Positions 55,501 to 64,000 of a DNA stretch of 64,000 nt are shown in pieces. Made by a program: the position numbers and the translations under genes. The notes below the pieces were generated by a model. It was not told the origin of the DNA. It saw only the letters and a list, made by a program, of their open reading frames with translations, and did no database searches. Location: positions 20,832,001 through 20,896,000 of the forward strand of contig JBHGNT010000013.1 in assembly GCA_043228905.1 (NCBI GenBank). Direction: 5' to 3'. Position 1 is the stretch's first letter; each line of letters starts with the position of its first letter. The DNA comes from Azolla caroliniana. Lineage: Eukaryota > Plantae > Polypodiophyta.

Positions 55501-58084
55501 TTCTGCGATGAGCAGACCCAACCGACAGGAGACCGGTTAGCACTCGAGGAACCAACCGGTTACGGTGAGGATACCAAACCGGCAGAAGAAGAAGTAGAGG
55601 AAGCTGGAACCGGAACCGGCCAAGACCATGAATCGGATTCGGATGAAGAGCAAATGAAGGAGCCGGTTACCGAAGCCCACAGATGGAGATATCCTCTCAG
55701 AGAGAGAAGGGCCCCCCGGAGATTTCCGGATGCAGAGCATGTGCTGCTGACCGATGAGGGGGAGCCAGAAAGCTTCGACGAAGCTAAAAGTGACACCCAC
55801 AGCCGCAAATGGTTAAGTGTCATGCAGGATGAGATGGATTCCCTGCATCAGAACCATAAGTATGAATTGGTGGAGTTGCCGAAAGGAAAGCGGGCACTCC
55901 GAAACAAGTGGGTGTACAAGTTCAAACCGGGAGATGCCGGCAACCCCCCGAGATACAAAGCCAAGATTGTTGTGAGGGGGTTCCAGCAGAAGAAGGGCGT
56001 GGACTTCGACGAGATATTTTCCCCGGTAGTAAAGATGACCTCCATCCGGACGGTGTTGAGTATAGCAGCAAGCATGGACCTCGAGGTAGAGTAGGTAGAC
56101 GTGAAGACGACATTCCTTCACGGTGACCTCGAAGAGGAAATGTACATGCAGCAACCGGAAGGATTTGTGGAGAAAGGGAAGGAGCACCTCGTATGTCGGT
56201 TGAAGAAGAGCCTGTAGAGACTGAAGCAGGCTCCCCGACAATGGTACCAGAAGTTCGACTCCTTCATGACAGATCAAGGGTACCACAAGACGTAGGCCGA
56301 TCATTGCGTGTTTGTGAAGAAGTTCGAAGGAGGCGACTTCCTAATACTCCTTCTGTATGTGGACGACATGTTGATCGTCGGACGGGGCTAAGCCAAAATA
56401 CGGATGCTAAAGAAGGCTCTCAACCGAACCTTCGCGATGAAAGACTTGGGTCCAGCAAGACAGATGCTGGGGATGCATATCATCCGGAACCGGCCAATGA
56501 AGCAACTGTGGCTGTCACAGGAGAAATACGTGACAAAGGTGCTTCAACGGTTCAACATGTCAGATGCGAAACCGGTCGGATCGACACTTCCGGCAAATTG
56601 CAGGTTATCTGGTAAGCAAAGCCCGAAGACGAAAGCAGAGAAGGCTGATATGATGAAGATTCCATATGCTTCTGTCCTCGGGAGCTTGATGTACATAATG
56701 GTGTGCACCCGACCGTATATAGAATACGCAGTCGGAGTGGTGAGCCGGTTTATGAGCAATCCCGGCAAGGAGCATTGGAACGCGGTCAAATGGATACTCC
56801 GGTACTTGAAGGGCACTTCAAATATGTGTCTCCAATTCGGCTCCGGTAAACCTCAACCTGATGGTTTTACCGATTCGGACATGTCGGCTAATGTGGATAC
56901 CAGCCGGTCTACATCCGGGTATGTAATGACATATGCAGGGGGAGCTCCTTCGTGGCAGTCGAGGCTGCATAAGACAGTTGCGTTGTCAACCACGAAGGCG
57001 GAGTACATGGCGGCTGTGGAAGCCGGCAAGGAAATATTATGGATGAAGGACTTCATCGGAGAGCTTTGTATCCGGCAAGATGAATACCGGCTCTATTGCG
57101 ACAGTCAAAGTGCCATCCACCTTGCTAAGAATGCGGCCTACCATTCCCAAACGAAGCATATCCAGTGTAGGTATCACTGGATCTGGGAAAGAGTAGAGGA
57201 CCAGGAGTTCGTGCTGACAAAGATCCACACGGCCGAGAACGGCTCAGATATGCTGACCAAAGTACTGGTACCCAACAAGTTGGATGCATGTCGGAAGCGG
57301 ATCGGACTAGTAAGACATCCCATGCCGGAGTGAAGGGGGAGTTTGTTAGGGAACATGCCCCTCCGGATGGGAAGTGAGAAGAACAGTGCTGATGAGGATC
57401 TTGGCCGAGGCCGACACCGGATGAAGAGTACCCGGTTACGGAAGACCCGGTGAGAACCGGATGAAGAGTACCCGGCTACGGAGGACCCGGTGAGAACCAG
57501 ATGTGGTGTACCCAGCAAGCGCCGGATGAGGAGTACCCGACTACGGAAGATCCGGTGCGAACCGGATGAGGAGTACCCGGCAAGAGCCAGATGGTGAAGG
57601 CCCGGTGAGGAGTACTCACCGGATGCAGGGACATATTTGTAAATATGTTTCTGGTAGTCCATCGGGGCTATATTTGTAAATAGCCGAAAAGTCATATTAG
57701 TATAAATATGACTTAGGGCAAACTTTGTTTATAATGATGGTTGTTGTCATTCTTGTTGGTGAAAGATTAGAGCGTGTAACTATGTATAGAGAGAGTGAGA
57801 GAGAGAGGAAGAGGTTGTCGCCTCTGTTGTAACCGCCGCCTGTGGCGAAGATCGTGAGCACGAGGTCGTTGCCTTCGTGAGCTCACTGTTGTAATCATTG
57901 TGATATAGTGATAGTTTGGAGTCTGTGGACTCCCGTGGTTTTTCCCTCTCAGGGTTTTCGACGTTAAACATCCTGTGTACTCTTCTCTCCTTTGTGTCGT
58001 GCATTCATTCCCGGTTTTTTCTGTGTTTGATCATAGACTCGGTTGTGGCCGAGTGTTACGCATAGGAGCGTGTAGTTCCTGTCA
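52584..58084 (+). mobile_element. Ty1/Copia LTR retrotransposon (Tork/Tnt1-like), GC-rich; 5' LTR truncated (about 52584-53263), 3' LTR 57344-58084
   Basis: PBS TGGTATCAGAGC 53267-53278; PPT GAAGGGGGAG; gag-pol 53294-57333 with CFYCGKPGH, integrase, YVDD and RNase H, broken by TAG/TGA stops; first ~60 bp of the 5' LTR and the TSD are missing. Confidence 0.93.
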
Positions 58085-58520
58085 CTAAAACCCTAAATTT
58101 GGCTGAAATTAGGAGCCCTAATTAATTAATGTTTTGTAAATTAATTCATTATTTATGAATTAATTAATATTATAAAGTTTAAAACCCTAATTTTGTGTAA
58201 AAGTAGGAGCCCTAATTAATTGATCATTCGTGAATTAATTAATGTTTTAGTAAATTAACTCATTATGAGTGAATTAATTAATATTTTAATTTTTGGTTGA
58301 AATTAGGAACCCTAATAATTAATTAATAATAAATTAATTCATTATTAGTGAATTAATTAATGTTTTAATTTTTAAAACCCTAATTTTGGTTGAAATTAGG
58401 AACCCTAAACAATTAATTAATTATTAATGAATTAATTAATATCTCGAGTAAATTGGGTTCATCATTAGTGATTTGGTTAATATTTTAGTGAATTAATTAC
58501 TTTTTTAGTAAACTAATAAC
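58085..58520. repeat. AT-rich degenerate tandem repeat with AAACCCTAA and TAATTAATT motifs
   Basis: Recurrent AAAACCCTAA-N-GAAATTAGGA(G/A)CCCTAAT units. Confidence 0.6.
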
Positions 58521-59083
58521 TTTTTATTATGTAAATCTAAAATGAATGCTTCTGTAATATTCTTGGGGTCATTTTGTATTCTCGAATATGAGGAATATTA
58601 CGGATGTCGAATACCAAGAATATCATGCATGGGTCAATCTATGAATGTAACATATATCCTTGTTTAATATGCAAAGGACGCGAGTACTCACCATCGTAGC
58701 CCTCTTATATTTTTCAAGGTCATCTAGTGAAGTAATCATATAGAGGAATATTGAAAATTTTGCGAGAATCACAGTAGGTCAATTCTGAAATGGACGATAG
58801 AGAAAGGAATGATGGATGCGAGACTTGTATTACATATTGTAACATCATCGTGAGCCACGTTTGTGTCACATACAAGTTTTGTTTAAATCCCAATACTCAT
58901 CCTTTCTGACTTGCCCACCCTAAACCAATAATTTATCTAAGTAATGATAGGGATAATGTGGGGAAGAAGAGGGAGGGGGGTTTGAACTTGACCACTCAAA
59001 CAAGTGGTATTGACTTGAATTAACAAGTCAGAACATGGACATCATGGTGGGTTGTTTTGTTGGGGTGGGGTGTGTGGTGTGTG

Positions 59084-59093
59084 TATATATATA
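59084..59093 (+). promoter_or_regulatory. Probable TATA box of paralog C
   Basis: TATATATATA about 65-70 bp upstream of the ATG; context conserved with paralog B. Confidence 0.6.
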
Positions 59094-59156
59094 GCTGACA
59101 TTACCATTAAAGTTGACATAGCTTGCAAGCAGGGAGCGGTGGGGAGAAGTACATAC

Positions 59157-60528
59157 ATGGCCATGAAGCTTCTCCTCCTCCTCCTATCTGCCCTTCTCTA
59201 CCTTATGGCTCTGAGCTCTTCCACCCCCTGGTTGCCGCCCCTGATCTATGGTGTCTCGGCACAGTCGAGCGCGGCAACCTGCAGCACGAGCCTACAAGCA
59301 TTGCAAGCCGCTTGCGGCAGTGACACGAGTACTGCGACCACATGTTGCCCTGTCTATGAATTTCAAGTCAATGCCTACTACGATTGCTATTGCAACCGTA
59401 ACACCACTGCCCTCATCGGACTTGCCACCCTCTGCTCCTTCACGCTTCCCCAGAATCTCACTTCATGCTTCCCATCAGGTAAGTATATACATAATATACA
59501 TATACATATATGAATCCTTTCATGAATCAAATAATCAGACAGGCAGGGCACACGGTATACTAGGTTAATGCACCCACCCCATTCATTTTCATCTCTGCCT
59601 TATCAGGCTATGGGAATCGAAACCTTAAATGTGAAGTTGGCCATTGTGGAAATAGTGATATTGCATATGTCCACTTGGAGGATGTGAAACCTCAAATCAA
59701 AGAGATAATGTTGGTCTTGCATGTATACTTAAATTTTCTTTTTTTGTTTTACTGATTGATTGTGTATTTGCAGCCACACCACCACCGCCTTCACAATCTA
59801 CACCCCCATCCCCAACGCCAACAGCAACTTGCGATGCGGCTTGGCAGGCTCTTCTTACTGCGTGCAATACTTCACGCACCCAATGTTGTAATCAGATCTC
59901 AAGCTCTATGACTAACACTCCCAGTTGCTATTGTGAGTTTACCAGTCTCAACGTTACCGCCTTCTATAACCTGGTTGGCCCCAACATATGTAACCTGGTT
60001 GTCCCTCCCATCGTTACCGCATGCCTCGCTGGTAAGCAAACAAAAGGATGTTACAGACCACCCTTCTAGTTCATGAGATAATGTCAACAAGTTTGCCTTC
60101 ACAATTCCATCCATCCATTGTAGAAGGGTTTTAGGGTTTGCGTGTGTGTACTATGTATGTCGTAGCTGCGTTGTAAGTTTATGTGTATGTACTATGTACC
60201 ACCAGCACAGATCTTCGCTACATGTGTTAATGCGTGTTAATGCAAAGCAACTTTGTTTTTCTCAGCCTTGTCTCCTCCTCCACCGCCATTCAAATCACCG
60301 CCTCCGCCTCCGCCTCCGCCTCCAACCGTCTCGCCACCTCCGCCTCCAACCGTCTCTCCGCCTCCGCCTCCAACCGTCTCTCCGCCTACGCCTCCAACCG
60401 TCTCGCCGCCTCCGCCTCCTCCTCTTCCACCATCCCTTATTAATAGCGGTGATGCTAATTCTTTACTCGCATCGATACAAACGCTCCTCTTCATGGTCCT
60501 TACTATAGGAGCGGCTTTGCTCATGTGA
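59157..60528 (+). CDS. Paralog C: secreted double-8CM, Pro-rich, probable GPI-anchored protein; exons 59157-59478, 59774-60031, 60266-60528
   Basis: Same exon structure and phases as paralog A; open frame through all exons; 24-bp repeats encode PPPTVSPP; hydrophobic C-terminus. Confidence 0.87.
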
Positions 60529-61948
60529 AGGACATTTTTTATAGTTGTTGATGATCATCCAAAATAAACTCCTACCAACAACACAAGGAAACATTTGTTC
60601 GTAACACCTTGCACTGATGTTTCACATAAACATTCCCAATAACGATCTGGAGACGTTTGTGTGTCCCTCACGTAGAGAGAGAGACAGACAGACAGATGTG
60701 TTTTGCAAGAAACAAAATCATTCCGACTGTGGGATGTCCGAAAGGGATGGAAAAATGATGTTGTATTTATTCCAACATTTGAATGTATAATACCTTGGAT
60801 ACGTATCTATTGGAGCTTGGTAATTCTTGTTTCGTAATTTTGGAATCGGGCAACTTAGTAATTGATTGCGCATAAGAGATCCATTGATGAATGTGGGTAT
60901 GGTAAGGGAAACTAAATCAATGAATTTAAGTCCGAAAGGTGATTTGGTGTACTAAGAAATTCGTTAAACTTCCATTCGTCCTAGATTCCTCCAAACGATG
61001 CAGACAGATGTTAACTCGCTGCATTGGTTCACCTAATGATTAAGACTACCTAACTAGACAGATGTAACTGTAGCAATGACCCAAGATATTGATAGTGTAA
61101 TCAAAACTCCGTTGATTCTAAGTCTTTCACTGGAAACTTCTCTTTTAGTTGGGAGGCGGTCTTGCTCATAGCACTAATTGAATTTGATGCAATAGCGAGG
61201 TCATCAACATAGATCACCACGAACCATCAGACAGAACCACAAAAGTCCTTTTATTTCGTTGGTGATGACTCATTGGATTCGATTCGTCATCATGCTTAGT
61301 TGATTTTGGCCATTGCTATAATATATATCCTTGTTTAATATACAGAGGAAGTGAACACCCAAAGTACTTACTCAACATCCTAGCGCTCGAATATTTTTCA
61401 AGGGCATCTAGTGAAGTAATCGTATAGAAGAATATCGGACATTTTGCTAGAATCAAACTAGGTCCAATTTTGAAATCGATGATAGAGATAGGAATGATGC
61501 ACTGTGAGACTTCAAAGACAGGAAAATGGAGAGGAAAAAACTCTGATACATAGCAAAAAACCATAATTGGTCCATAAATGACGGCTGCAAAAATTTCTGC
61601 CTGTATACAGCAGAGAGGTTTTCTATCTCACCCTATAGCAAAAATAAACTAAAAATAAGAGCACACGCCATTTTGGCCTTTTCACACATTATGTACATGT
61701 ATATATGTACCTATAACAATCTCCTACTAACATAAGTATCTTTAAAATATAGATATAAATAATCCTCAAAACAACTCATACTACTTTAAAAATATAATAA
61801 TCATAACTAATAATAATAAGTAATTCAAATAAATAGATAAATAAAATATAATTGGTAGTATTACCGTGTAAACGAGAGAGGGGGAGTGTAAGAGTTTGGT
61901 ACACCGACATATGGCTATACTAATCTTTGTCCTATCAGGGTATAATAG

Positions 61949-62580
61949 ATGGCGTCCACCCCATTCACCAAGCTCCTCCACGCATACTACCCTAACGCCG
62001 GTTGTGGCTCCTTGGTAATTCAAGCCGATTTCAACAACACCCGATGCACCTACCGGGTACACACTACCGCCACGCAACTCAAGTACCTCGAGCCTGATGT
62101 TTTTGACACCCTTTCTCGGCTAGGCCTCAAGTTCTTCCTTGAGATTGGCCCTTGGGGTGTACTCCCCGAGCTGGCCAACTGGTTCCTCGTAGGATACAAC
62201 CCTGATCCTGGCCATGTTCGCATGCACGCCTTCGCGGATGCTACCCCTATTGAGTTCCAGTTCAACGTCGCCGATGTTTGCACTACACTCCACTTGCCAG
62301 TGGATGGCAGTCCCTTCCGCACCACAAAGTCCCCTGACGTCGTCCCCAACATCATCCCCGTCGTCCACACCGAGTATTCCGGACACGAAGGTTGGCGTTT
62401 CACCGAAATTCCTCCTCACCTCCACGATCGTTGTAACGCCATCTCTTAGATCGGTGACACTGCCTCCACTGACGCCATCGCCTGCCTCACCGGTGAGTTC
62501 CTCAAGTGGGCACACGATCCTCAACCGGTTCAGTGGGCAGTGGGCCCATGAACTCGTTCGACGGGACAAGGAATGACAAA
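61949..62580 (+). pseudogene. Extra ORF upstream of a PPT/LTR, in the position of Athila-like extra ORFs; one in-frame stop
   Basis: 166-aa GC-rich ORF whose frame continues past TAG; ends just before PPT GGGGGGGA. Family resemblance is weak. Confidence 0.45.
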
Positions 62581-62629
62581 CATGACCCACAATGCACCCA
62601 GGGGTGTGCACTCATTAGGTTGGGGGGGA

Positions 62630-63202
62630 TGTTAAGCGCTTGGATTGCACCGCCACCAGTCATGAAGAAGAGCGCATCAACAAGGACGTAGTATGGCTAA
62701 AGGACCTATGAAGGGAAAATGGCAAGAGAAAAAGGTGCTAAGGAACATCCAAGTGTGAAAGGTTCATACCCTAAATGTAAATGCTATATAAACCACATGG
62801 TGGTGGCTTTGTAAGGGTTCTTCCATTTGTAAAGATCTCCCTATTGATTAAGAGCTAGAGCTTCCTCTCCTCCTTCTTGTAACCTTTAAGCTTAAGAGGG
62901 ATTAGTGAGGTGTTTAGTTAGAAAACACTAATCTCTTTTCCTTGTTGGTGCTAGACCTCTTAGCAAAGAGGGTTAATAAACATATTCATTACTTTTATTG
63001 TCTATGAGAGCGAGCTTGAGAGAGTGAGAGAGATATCGTGTTTAATCATCTATTAATCGTGGCTCGGAGGTGTCTGACAACCATCTTCGCCTGATTCGCC
63101 ATCAAATGGGTATACACTAGTCTGAGCCCCGCAAACGACATCGAGGAGTTAACTCCGTCGATACATAAATCCTACACATTTATTTGGCACCACTGCCGGG
63201 GA
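62630..63202 (+). mobile_element. LTR (62630-63178) with Athila-type PBS
   Basis: TG..CA ends; PPT immediately upstream; TGGCACCACTGCCGGGGA (63185-63202) resembles the tRNA-Asp PBS TGGCGCCGTTGCCGGGGA. Confidence 0.7.
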
Positions 63203-63524
63203 TACGACCAATGCTTGAAGCCGACTTTGAGTGGTCAAACACTCGTAGGCAACCCACTTAACGAGGGAAGAAATCAAAAGTAAAACCACCATTTGTGTTA
63301 ATTAAAATTCTCACTATTTCACATTTTCATTACGTTAATTTTCTATTTTTTTTAAGTTTTAATTTTCCCCTCCTTAATCGCCCAGACATTAGCAAGTTAT
63401 TCGTTCAGTTAACGTTAAGCATTGTTGAGATTTAGCCGTTGTAGGGCAAGAATAATCACCGCAATTCTCGCTGATTACGATCATCCTACGGGACACGAAA
63501 CGGTTGTTGTTGCCAAAGAAAGTA

Positions 63525-64000
63525 ATTCCCTCCTTCGTTTACAACCGTGTGCAATGTGTCGACAGCTGCCGTGAAGTACTCCTGAGTCTTGAGTGCAATT
63601 TTGACTAAAGCAGCTCGGAGAAAATCGTTTGCAAACAATTCAGCCAACAACGCCTACGTAGTACAAGGTTTGACCGACCGATCGAACAACCATTGAAGAG
63701 GTTCTTCCCGACAACCGAACAATCAGCGAAGTCGAAGCAAGTCCTAGGATAATTGAGTTTGCAACTACTGCAAGAAACCCAGACACATCAAAGCCGATTG
63801 CCGTGCACTCGAGGCCAAAAACGATAAGGCTCAACGAGCCGATCAAATGAGTGGTCGACAAGAGGAGATCAACTACATCGGCTCTACACCCGCAATATTA
63901 TCAAATGACCCGAACATACTATCAATTGAGAACCCAGTCGACTCAGAAGTTTTGCTTACGATTGAAGAATCGAGCACATGGCTCTTAGATTCGGGTGCGT
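63525..64000 (+). mobile_element. Copia gag-protease fragment continuing off the right edge
   Basis: VCNYCKKPRHIKADC knuckle and STWLLDSGA protease motif. Confidence 0.8.

Noticed and set aside
58085-58520. Interstitial telomeric array
   Set aside because: Only isolated AAACCCTAA motifs within an AT-rich repeat; no tandem (TTTAGGG)n.

Overview
Land-plant genomic DNA; Tcn1-like chromovirus remnants weakly suggest a non-seed plant such as a fern (inference only). The first 11 kb is ordinary: XCT exon 1 (-), a two-exon CCX cation/Ca2+ exchanger (+) and a ten-exon cytosolic cysteine synthase (-). The remainder is a tandem array of three paralogous secreted, probably GPI-anchored, compact eight-cysteine-motif (8CM) genes. 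Two have a double 8CM with Pro-rich linkers, one has a single 8CM, and the start of a fourth unit is visible. The spacers are inflated by three near-full-length Copia elements, a TRIM, solo LTRs, a MULE foldback element and a 9.6-kb TSD-flanked LINE. Top observations: (1) the LINE's 3' region is a mosaic of starch branching enzyme, Rab-GDI and NAT10 fragments; (2) three diverged LTRs carry antisense tRNA-like A/B-box cassettes about 140-150 bp upstream of their TATA; (3) the double-8CM/extensin-like/GPI family shows exon-level remodelling; (4) a young Copia sits between the TATA box and ATG of one paralog. All homology calls come from remembered family motifs, not database searches.
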